From an uncultured archaeon (GTDB lineage: Archaea > Asgardarchaeota > Heimdallarchaeia > Heimdallarchaeales > Heimdallarchaeaceae), in NCBI GenBank assembly GCA_964549075.1, contig CAZJUB010000019.1:1-39107 (forward strand): a stretch of DNA of 39,107 nt, given 5' to 3'. Numbering within the stretch: the first letter of the stretch is position 1; every line of letters starts with the position of its first letter. Under the pieces are notes generated by a model. It was not told where the DNA came from. It saw only the letters and a program-made list of their open reading frames with translations, and ran no database searches. The position numbers were made by a program, and so were the translations under genes. Positions 1 to 8,312 of the stretch are shown here, one piece after another.

Positions 1-2
1 CT

Positions 3-875
3 GGTAAAATCGTGGGTTTTATTGGTGGTATACCTAGAACACTATCAATAGAAGGTAAAAAATACAAATTTGCTATTCCATCTTGGTTGAGTGTGCATGC
101 TCAACATCAGGGAAATGGTATTGCTAAAGCTATGGGAATTAGATTATTTGAAATAGGAATGCAAAAAGGATATGACGGAGCATTCTCATTACACGAACCT
201 GAACAACATGGAATAGATGTTTCCACAGCTGTCTCCAGAGATAAAAAAATAAAATTTCAGAGAGTTATTACTTTAACAAAATTTGTAATCAAAAGTTTTG
301 ATGTTGAAAAAGTATCAACTGTGGTTAAATTGAGATGGTATGAAAAACTGGTTTTTAAAATGTATCAAAAATTCAAAAAAATAGACTTAACTAACATAAG
401 GGTATGCAATAAAGAAGACATACCAGATATGTTTGTAATTATTCAAGAACAAGTCAAACGAAATCAACTATCTATTGTTCCCACATATGAAGATTTTGAG
501 TGGATGCTAGATAATCCAAATGTAATATGTGTTGTTCATGAAGATAAAAAGGGTAAAGTTATTGGTTTTATGTTAGCTTGGGAATTTATGTTAGCAGGAT
601 TAGGGAATAAGATACCTTTTGGTTGGTTAGATATGGTACATATTCATCGTTTAAATAAGAATCAAGGGAGTAATTTAGCTAATTACTTATGTCAAGTTAG
701 TCAACAAAAAGGTTGGTTTGGTTTACAAACACCTTATATCCCATATTTTGATATGAAACCACTTAAGAAAGCTAATTTCTTCTTTTTTAGTAAGAAAATC
801 AATCTTGATTTATTTAACTTGAGGAATGTAAGTATTCCAGAAAAAGTAGAATCTTTTTATTTTGATTGGAGATAA
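3..875 (+). CDS. Tandem-GNAT acyltransferase, N-myristoyltransferase-like (5'-truncated by the window edge)
   Basis: The frame is open back to the window start (GKIVGFIGGIP). Acyl-CoA motif A is LSVHAQHQGNGIA. A second GNAT half follows (IRVCNKEDIPDM...VHEDKKGKVIGF). Segment order resembles eukaryotic NMT. Confidence 0.7.
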   Translation, partial: GKIVGFIGGIPRTLSIEGKKYKFAIPSWLSVHAQHQGNGIAKAMGIRLFEIGMQKGYDGAFSLHEPEQHGIDVSTAVSRDKKIKFQRVITLTKFVIKSFDVEKVSTVVKLRWYEKLVFKMYQKFKKIDLTNIRVCNKEDIPDMFVIIQEQVKRNQLSIVPTYEDFEWMLDNPNVICVVHEDKKGKVIGFMLAWEFMLAGLGNKIPFGWLDMVHIHRLNKNQGSNLANYLCQVSQQKGWFGLQTPYIPYFDMKPLKKANFFFFSKKINLDLFNLRNVSIPEKVESFYFDWR

Positions 876-962
876 CGCACGATTGAGCTGCTATCCTTAA
901 TGGTTATATCTTGTTATCCTATACATGGTAAGATTGATAAAGTTACAATTTAGTAGTAGTCA

Positions 963-1538
963 ATGGTGTTTAAAATGAAAGATACATTGATAAATGCATT
1001 AAAGGTGGCGGAAATAAACTTTCTTATGTCTTTTAAAGAGATTAAACCTGAGATTGTTACTAAACAAATTCAAAAAGATACCAACCATATAGCTTGGATT
1101 ATTGGACATTGTGCTACACATTTTGATCATTACTTATCATTTTTTACAAACGACCATATTATTTCTAAAGAGGAGCATGATTATTTCAGCTATGGTATAG
1201 AGAAGAGTAAAGTAGTTAGCTATCCATATTCTTTTTCAGATTTAATAGATAATTACTTAAGAATTGTAAGTCTATTCTTCGAAATTTTAGATTCTATTCC
1301 TGAATCTGAATTTGAGAAATCTCCTTCTGAAGAAGATGGTGAAAATCTATCTGATATGCTTATTAGAATTACTTTACATATAATGGGGCATACTGGACAG
1401 ATTGTTCTAATAAGAAGAATGCTTGATGAACCTTTCTGGTCTTTTGTAGGTGGAGTACAAAAGAATCAAAGGGAAAAACTGAGAAACAGTTGGATCTCAT
1501 GGTGGAATGAAAATAAGCAAGATTATTATTCTAAATAA
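963..1538 (+). CDS. DinB/YfiT-family four-helix metalloprotein
   Basis: NHIAWIIGH and HIMGHTGQI provide the DinB histidine triad. Confidence 0.85.
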   Translation: MVFKMKDTLINALKVAEINFLMSFKEIKPEIVTKQIQKDTNHIAWIIGHCATHFDHYLSFFTNDHIISKEEHDYFSYGIEKSKVVSYPYSFSDLIDNYLRIVSLFFEILDSIPESEFEKSPSEEDGENLSDMLIRITLHIMGHTGQIVLIRRMLDEPFWSFVGGVQKNQREKLRNSWISWWNENKQDYYSK

Positions 1539-3107
1539 TCATATTGCTGGCCATTTGAACGCTTTGAAGATATTTAATAATCGTTTGATATTTCTTGGAT
1601 TTGCTTCTTTTATTGAAGCTGTTTGAAATTTTTGATACTCTAATCTTTTTATTAGAATTTCAAGTCTTTTCTTGAAATTTTTAAAATTTTTCTGATCTTT
1701 CTGTATCCAACCTGTCTCTGCTACAGCCACTAATCTAGGTAATACTTGCCAATCTAATCTTTCTCTGTTTGGTATCCATTCTGTCCAGATAGGTGCTTCT
1801 ATTCCCAAGATATGATTTTGGTTTTGTTGTTCTACATAATTTGCTATAGGTTCAAACATATAGGTCTTTCTTAAAGGTGTCATAATATAGCTGTAATCTA
1901 GATAATATCGGAATAGATTGGAAATTACAATATCTCCACCTCTTTTAATATGTTTTCTAACTAGTTTCTTTCCAGTTATCAACCAATGTTGGCCAATGAT
2001 ATTTTTATCAGTGGTTTCTGTTAAAATCTCATTCCACCCAATGACTCTACGTCCTTTAGAGGAGATATATTTGGCTATTCTTTCTATAAAATAAGCTTGT
2101 AGTTCATCATAATTATGTAATCCCTCTTCTTTCATCTTTCTTTGACAAACCTTACAGTTTTTCCAGTTTTTCTTAGGAACTTCATCCCCCCCTATATGAA
2201 TAATCTCAGAAGGAAATAAAGCTAAAACTTCATCGAAAACATCTTCTAGAAACTCATAGGTATGCTCTTGTCCAGCACAATAGGTTTCATTTAATACTCC
2301 AAACTTTATTGGTACATCAATTTTCTTTTTAGTACAACCTAATTCTGGATATGATGCAATTGCTGCTGAGGAATGTCCGGGGATATCTATTTCAGGAATT
2401 ACTCTAATAAAACGCTCTTCAGCATATTGAATCACTTCTCGGATTTGGTCTTGTGTATAATAACCTTTATGCGTTTTTCCTCTAGTTTTCTTACTTGTCC
2501 ATCCCCCAATACGAGTGTCAGCTCTTTTTGAACCTATTTCTGTTAATTTAGGATACTTTTTTATTTCTATTCTCCAGCCTTGATCTTCAGTTAGATGCCA
2601 ATGAAAAGTATTCATTTTAAAGAATGCAATTAAATCGATATAGTCTTTGATATCCTCAACATTGAAAAAATGTCTTCCTGAATCAAACATAAATCCTCTC
2701 CACTTAAATCTTGGGTAATCTTCAATGATCAAACAGAGAACAGACCACTCTATTTCTTTAACAATTTCATCTGATTCTATTTCAACTGGCAGAAGTTGAC
2801 GAAGTGTTTGAATTCCATAAAAAACACCAGCTGGTTGAGGTGCTCTTATATTAATTAAATCCGGTGAAACTTCTAAAATATATCCCTCAGGAGAAAGGTC
2901 TTTCAAACTTTCATCCAGTTCTAGATTTACAGAATTAGATGAAAGTCTCTTAGAAGTGTCCTCAAATTTGTAACCTGTAGGTTTTGATATTAAATTCTTA
3001 AAATAATTTAAGACTGCAAGTAGATCTTTAGAAGCATAAATCTTTGTAGCTTCAGTAAAAACAAATTTTCCATCTTCAATTTTAAGATTATATGGCTGAG
3101 GAATCAT
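1539..3107 (-). CDS. Beta-N-acetylhexosaminidase (GH20)
   Basis: DYPRFKWRGFMFDSGRHF, FHWHLTEDQGWR, PEIDIPGH, catalytic HIGGDE and WTEW. No signal peptide. Confidence 0.95.
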   Translation of the reverse strand: MIPQPYNLKIEDGKFVFTEATKIYASKDLLAVLNYFKNLISKPTGYKFEDTSKRLSSNSVNLELDESLKDLSPEGYILEVSPDLINIRAPQPAGVFYGIQTLRQLLPVEIESDEIVKEIEWSVLCLIIEDYPRFKWRGFMFDSGRHFFNVEDIKDYIDLIAFFKMNTFHWHLTEDQGWRIEIKKYPKLTEIGSKRADTRIGGWTSKKTRGKTHKGYYTQDQIREVIQYAEERFIRVIPEIDIPGHSSAAIASYPELGCTKKKIDVPIKFGVLNETYCAGQEHTYEFLEDVFDEVLALFPSEIIHIGGDEVPKKNWKNCKVCQRKMKEEGLHNYDELQAYFIERIAKYISSKGRRVIGWNEILTETTDKNIIGQHWLITGKKLVRKHIKRGGDIVISNLFRYYLDYSYIMTPLRKTYMFEPIANYVEQQNQNHILGIEAPIWTEWIPNRERLDWQVLPRLVAVAETGWIQKDQKNFKNFKKRLEILIKRLEYQKFQTASIKEANPRNIKRLLNIFKAFKWPAI

Positions 3108-3185
3108 ATTTATAATTTAGGTATTCAAGATAATAAATCTTATTCGAGATAATCATTATATATATTCAAAAGGATAAAGGTCAAT

Positions 3186-4148
3186 ATGGCAAAAATTCCT
3201 AATTTTAAGGTTCAAAAAGCAAGAAACTTTGTTCTCGAGTTTAAAGACCCATATGCAATACTATTACTTAAGAGAGAGGTTGACCTTATTCCTATAGATA
3301 GTAAAGAATTTCTATATCTCCAAGAACAATTGTTTAAAGAGAAGGGATTAATCAAGTTAATGGATAAGCAATTAGCAACTGGTGCATGGCTTCTTCCAGA
3401 AAAGGAAGATGTTTTTGGTCCTCTTCAAAAATCAACAATATGGACATTGGTTCTATTGGGTTTAATGGGATTAAATGGAACTATTGAGAGAAAAATAGAA
3501 AAAGCAATAGAGTATATTTTTGAAACACAGTATGATTACAATACTAATACTTTCCACAATCATCATGAATTTTGGGGAGATTTTATGCAATCTCATAACG
3601 CTTCAATTCTAAGAGCTCTGATTCGTCTTGGTTTTACAGACAATAAAGATGTGAAGAATGCCTCAATTGCTCATCTAGATTTAATACATGATAAAGAAGG
3701 ATATTGCAAATATAAAAAAGGGAATTTAAAATGTGCTTGGGGATTGATTAAAAATCTACTATTTCTTAATGAATGGCCTGATTCTTGGAAGAATTCTAAA
3801 GTGAAAGAGAGTATTACAGCATGTCAAGACTATCTTTTAGCATATGATCTATCAACTGCAAATTATCCTAGATTAGCTGAAAAACCCAATAACAAATGGA
3901 TGAGGTTTTCATACTTCAAAACCTATCATAGTGATATCTTTGAAGCACTAGAAGCTTTAGTGACAAGCGGTATTTCAGACCATCCTGTAATTTCAAAAAC
4001 TTTAGATGTTATAGGAAAACGATGTTCAAATGAGAAAACTTGGTTATGTGAATTGAATGTTAACATGCAATTAAAACTTGAAAAGAATGGACAAGAGAGT
4101 CCATGGTTAAGTATTAGAGGTTTGAAAATCAATAATACTCCTACTTGA
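3186..4148 (+). CDS. Uncharacterised alpha/alpha-toroid (terpene cyclase/prenyltransferase-like fold) protein
   Basis: QW-like segments (KQLATGAW; AIEYIFETQ; CQDYLL) and C-terminal WMRFSY...YHSDIFEALEAL...ESPWLS. Confidence 0.5.
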   Translation: MAKIPNFKVQKARNFVLEFKDPYAILLLKREVDLIPIDSKEFLYLQEQLFKEKGLIKLMDKQLATGAWLLPEKEDVFGPLQKSTIWTLVLLGLMGLNGTIERKIEKAIEYIFETQYDYNTNTFHNHHEFWGDFMQSHNASILRALIRLGFTDNKDVKNASIAHLDLIHDKEGYCKYKKGNLKCAWGLIKNLLFLNEWPDSWKNSKVKESITACQDYLLAYDLSTANYPRLAEKPNNKWMRFSYFKTYHSDIFEALEALVTSGISDHPVISKTLDVIGKRCSNEKTWLCELNVNMQLKLEKNGQESPWLSIRGLKINNTPT

Positions 4149-4162
4149 AAATTCCAAATAAC

Positions 4163-6343
4163 TTAGGCAGCGAAAATTGAATCCGCTCTTCGCTCCAGTT
4201 CAATCTTGAAACTATCATCCAGATATATTGGTGTTTTGGACACTTCCTCTAACTTATTCCAGAGGAATTTTATAGAAGATACCTTCTCAACATAGTTTGT
4301 TAATTTACTCAAGGCAGTAAATGATTGTCCTTTGTAAACATATGAAAAAAGAAAATCACCTTCGACTTTTATGATAAGGGTATAATTCTGATGTTTTATC
4401 CTTTCAATATGTCCAGTTGTTTCAAAAATTTCTGATGCAAAAGAATTGATTGCTGCTATAAAACCACCAATTAATGCATCATCAAGTGTTGATAATGTAT
4501 GGAATTTTCTTGTAAAAAGTGTTTTTCCACTTTTACTTATTATAATCAGATACACAGGATTTTCTAAGGAGAAATCTAACATCTCTATTTCTTTATTACT
4601 TGTCATACTCGCAATTAAGTCATCTATTTGTATCATAGATATTCTTTTATCAAAAGTAGCACTCTCATCTTTCAATCTTGCCCATTGTTTTGCTTGGTTT
4701 AAGAGAGTTTCATATTCATTATTAATCTTTAAAACTAATCTGTGCAGTTGCTTTTCTTCTGCTATTATTTGAGCTTGTATTAGGAGCTTCTTTGCTTTGT
4801 TTAAATCTAATGAAATTAAAGCTAATTGGGATTGTAACCAATATGTTTGAGTTAGTAACAAGTAAGAATGCTGATTTCGAGCTATACTCTCTAATTTTGC
4901 GACGTATACTTGAATTTCATCTAAAACCTCTATACTACCCGTAATTTTGAGCTCATCCAGAAGTAAATCACAAAGCGTAAGAAGAGCTTTTTCTACAATT
5001 TCATGACTAGTTGTTTCATCGTTAATTACTTCTTTGAGTAAACCTTCAGCTTTTGCTCTGTTTTGAAATCGTGTACTAGTCATCAAAATCAAAGCTTCAG
5101 CAATCTTATATCTTTGGTCTATAGATTTTATGCTTAATTCGTTTTTTATTTTTTCTAATTCATCAAAGTATTCTTTTGCTTTATCCAACATATTATTATC
5201 AAGTGAAATAAGAATTAAGTTGTAAAGATTGGTGCTAATTGCCTTCTTTCTGTTTTCTTCTTCAGAAAGCTTGATACTTCTTAAAACATATTCTGAAGCC
5301 TTTTTATAATCACCTTTGCTATAGTAAATCAAACCAATCTGACTCAAACAAGTGGCAATGGGTGCTTGATAACCTTGTTCTTCAAGATATTTTAATGCTA
5401 AATTAAAGTTCTCAAGAGCTGTATCAAGTTCTCCTCGATTCCTATAAATATTAGCAATATTTAGATAACAAAGACTGATCATATTCTTATTATTAGTTTC
5501 TTGAGAAAGTTTCAAGGAGATAGCATAGTTTTCAATAGCTTTATTTAAATCTCCAAATGAGTCATTTATCCCACCTATATTACTTCTAATGATTGAAATA
5601 AGATCTTTGTTATCTAGTTGTACAGCATATTCTAGAGCTTCATGATAAAGTTTGAGTGCTTCTTTGGGACGTCCGTTTTCTCTGCTAAGTATGCCTAATC
5701 TATTAAGGGTTTGTGCAATATAATTAGCATTACCGATCTCCTTTCTGATAGATAGGCTTTCATTAACACTATCTAAAGCTTCTGCGAATCGATCGGGATC
5801 ATTACTCAAAGACATACTTAATCTATCCAGTATTTCTGCTGTTTCAAATTTATTATTTATTAATCTACTTAGTTCCAAGCCTTTTCTTAGAGTCTGTTCT
5901 ACTAAACTAAGTTCGCCAGTAGCTCTAAAACAGACTCCTTTCATCTTTAATAAAGTAACTTTATAATTCTTGTATTCTATAGAATTAGTATCATAGAGGG
6001 ATTCTAATTTTCTTTCCAATTCTACAATCAAATTAAGTGAATCTTTGAAAGACCCAGTATAGATAAGGATATTAGTTTTAAGGATTAAAAATTCAAGACA
6101 CAATTTGTCGATACTTCTTTTATCACATTCTTTTTCCAACTCTGTAACTTTACTATGTGCGTCTTGATATCGTCCAAATTCGAATGAAATGGTAGCTCTC
6201 AGAAAACTGATCTCTAAAAGATTTTTTGCAGATAGTATCTCGAGTTTCTCGATGTTATTGAGACTCTCCTCTGCATCAGAATAATTTCCAGCATAAATCA
6301 TCTTTCTAATAAGATCGAATTCTTGCTGTAAATTGGTATCCAC
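4163..6343 (-). CDS. TPR-repeat protein with C-terminal longin-like domain
   Basis: Repeats of about 40 aa (IAQTLNRLGILSRENGRPKEALKLYHEAL and similar). The C-terminal YLIIISKSGKTLFTRKF...LIGGFIAAINSFASE...HIERIKHQNYTLII has a longin-type beta-beta-alpha-beta-beta-beta-alpha pattern. Confidence 0.8.
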   Translation of the reverse strand: MDTNLQQEFDLIRKMIYAGNYSDAEESLNNIEKLEILSAKNLLEISFLRATISFEFGRYQDAHSKVTELEKECDKRSIDKLCLEFLILKTNILIYTGSFKDSLNLIVELERKLESLYDTNSIEYKNYKVTLLKMKGVCFRATGELSLVEQTLRKGLELSRLINNKFETAEILDRLSMSLSNDPDRFAEALDSVNESLSIRKEIGNANYIAQTLNRLGILSRENGRPKEALKLYHEALEYAVQLDNKDLISIIRSNIGGINDSFGDLNKAIENYAISLKLSQETNNKNMISLCYLNIANIYRNRGELDTALENFNLALKYLEEQGYQAPIATCLSQIGLIYYSKGDYKKASEYVLRSIKLSEEENRKKAISTNLYNLILISLDNNMLDKAKEYFDELEKIKNELSIKSIDQRYKIAEALILMTSTRFQNRAKAEGLLKEVINDETTSHEIVEKALLTLCDLLLDELKITGSIEVLDEIQVYVAKLESIARNQHSYLLLTQTYWLQSQLALISLDLNKAKKLLIQAQIIAEEKQLHRLVLKINNEYETLLNQAKQWARLKDESATFDKRISMIQIDDLIASMTSNKEIEMLDFSLENPVYLIIISKSGKTLFTRKFHTLSTLDDALIGGFIAAINSFASEIFETTGHIERIKHQNYTLIIKVEGDFLFSYVYKGQSFTALSKLTNYVEKVSSIKFLWNKLEEVSKTPIYLDDSFKIELERRADSIFAA

Positions 6344-6402
6344 AATTACACCCCTGAAAAATTAATTCCTTTTCTCTTATCCTAACAATTAGATAATTAG
6401 AA

Positions 6403-6429
6403 TAAAAAGGTTGATGGTATACCCATCAA
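6403..6429 (-). terminator. Hairpin plus T-tract after the 6436-7395 gene (may double as the TPR gene promoter region)
   Basis: TTGATGG-N5-CCATCAA inverted repeat at 6411-6429, followed on the minus strand by CCTTTTTATT. Confidence 0.5.
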
Positions 6430-6435
6430 AATTCT

Positions 6436-7395
6436 TTATGATTTAGACCTATATTTTGTTACAGTAGAGACGAACGCTAAAAGCATAAATCCTGTTATTG
6501 AAATAGAAGTAAATCCTTCTGTTATAGTTGCTTCCCAACCAGACAATTTTGCCCACAACCACCAAATTGCATAAGCTTTTTGATTACCATTAAGAGCTTG
6601 ACTATGAGCACAACTGCAACTGTACCAATCTATATCTTCGGTATGCGAAACTTGCCAATCTATAGCCCAATTCCCCGAATGAGTATCATTATTCCAATCG
6701 CAGTTATCTGTGACATATTTATCACCATAAAAAATACCATCAGGATCATAAGATTCTATATCTGCAAAGTCAAAGAGTATCCTATTACCGCTAATACAAA
6801 ATTCTCTAATCTGCTCATTTCTCTGATGCAGATTTCCTTCTAAACCAGTTCCATCAACATGCCCAGTCATGTAAACAAACATAACATTAGGGTATTCGAG
6901 TTCTAATTGAGCCATCGGTGCGAGATAGTGATCTATCATACTTTGTTCAGTTTGAGAACTAGCTTGACCACACCAACTCCACATTATAACATTACAATCA
7001 GCATTTTCTGAATCATCCAAATAATCTCGTGTCGCATCAGCCCAACCTTCATATCCAACATCTGGAACTGAAGGTATAGCATAATCATGCAGAAAAGTAG
7101 TATTAAAATCATATAAATTTAAAGTTCCTCCAAGACCTTCTTTGAAGCTAGGAAGTGCATTCATGCCATCAGTAATCTGTGAACCATGGCTAGTATGTTG
7201 ATAAGCAATATGTAAAGTGTTTTTGGCTTTAAGTATAGTTGAATCTGGTATCTGGTTATACCTAATCATATTAACGATTGAATGATCTGCTATTATTGAT
7301 TCAGAAAAATCACTTCCATTGATTTGACTTGGTTGAAATACTAAAACAAGATTGAATGTTACTACTAGTATAAAGATAAATTCTTTTCTTTTCAT
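6436..7395 (-). CDS. Secreted, C-terminally anchored protein with a possible SGNH-like hydrolase domain
   Basis: N-terminal signal peptide; AYQHTSHGSQI, NVIMWSWCG, LFDFADIES and CAHS motifs; C-terminal TM plus basic tail. Confidence 0.5.
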   Translation of the reverse strand: MKRKEFIFILVVTFNLVLVFQPSQINGSDFSESIIADHSIVNMIRYNQIPDSTILKAKNTLHIAYQHTSHGSQITDGMNALPSFKEGLGGTLNLYDFNTTFLHDYAIPSVPDVGYEGWADATRDYLDDSENADCNVIMWSWCGQASSQTEQSMIDHYLAPMAQLELEYPNVMFVYMTGHVDGTGLEGNLHQRNEQIREFCISGNRILFDFADIESYDPDGIFYGDKYVTDNCDWNNDTHSGNWAIDWQVSHTEDIDWYSCSCAHSQALNGNQKAYAIWWLWAKLSGWEATITEGFTSISITGFMLLAFVSTVTKYRSKS

Positions 7396-7456
7396 TGATT
7401 TAAACCCCTAAAAAAGATAATGTGTATAAGATTATTTATAGGTTTTTGAATCTGAA

Positions 7457-8215
7457 TTAGATAAAATTCTTGATTTTTTTCAATACTTTTGTTAGAAACT
7501 CCCCTGCCTGTGCATCTACTTTCAAATCTGCTTTATAATCTAACGGAGTTGGATCTATATTGATAATAACCAATTTAGCTCCATTTCTTTTTGCTCTATT
7601 TGGAAAACTTGCAGCTGGTTGTACGACTAAGCTTGAACCAACTACAATCATTAAATCGCACTTATTTGTGTGTTCCTTTGAAATCTTTAGTTCTTTTTCA
7701 GGCATTGGATCATTAAAATTCACAACAGAGGATATTATTCTACCTTTGCAAACAGGGCAGATAGGCTGATTTGCCAATTGTTCCTCTGTTCGAAAACCTC
7801 TCCCATGGATTTCTCTGTTCCAACCTATTTCTTCTCTTTTAAATCTAGCATCACAATCCATGCATTTCATATATTTATAATTTCCATGCAATTCAGCAAT
7901 GAGTTCAGGTCTAATACCGGATTTTAGATGTAGATTATCTACATTTTGAGATATTAAAAATTTAAGAAAACCTAGATTCTGCAATTCAAGAATCGCTTTA
8001 TGTCCTTCGTTAGGAGTTACATCATCAAAATGTTTGGATTTTGGTGGAGGGAGTCCTTTATCTCTTCTCGTCCACATACCATTTTTACCTCTAAAATCTG
8101 CTAAACCTGATTCAGTACTGATTCCAGCTCCAGTAAAGACAACTAGATATTTAGAAATTAAAATAAGAGATGCAACTTCTTCAACTTGTTGTTCTAATGA
8201 AGGAATTTTCTCCAC
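7457..8215 (-). CDS. NAD-dependent protein deacylase, sirtuin family (class IV / SIRT6-7-like)
   Basis: TGAGISTESG, DFRG, SQNVDNLH, catalytic ELHG, zinc CxxC...CxxC, VGSSL and IIN. Confidence 0.95.
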   Translation of the reverse strand: MEKIPSLEQQVEEVASLILISKYLVVFTGAGISTESGLADFRGKNGMWTRRDKGLPPPKSKHFDDVTPNEGHKAILELQNLGFLKFLISQNVDNLHLKSGIRPELIAELHGNYKYMKCMDCDARFKREEIGWNREIHGRGFRTEEQLANQPICPVCKGRIISSVVNFNDPMPEKELKISKEHTNKCDLMIVVGSSLVVQPAASFPNRAKRNGAKLVIINIDPTPLDYKADLKVDAQAGEFLTKVLKKIKNFI

Positions 8216-8312
8216 CTTTTGATTTATTCATTATAATTTGATTTTAATGTTTACTATTGGACAGAAATAAGGAACCCGTTAGATTTAATTAGTATTAAGA
8301 ATTTTTTAATTA

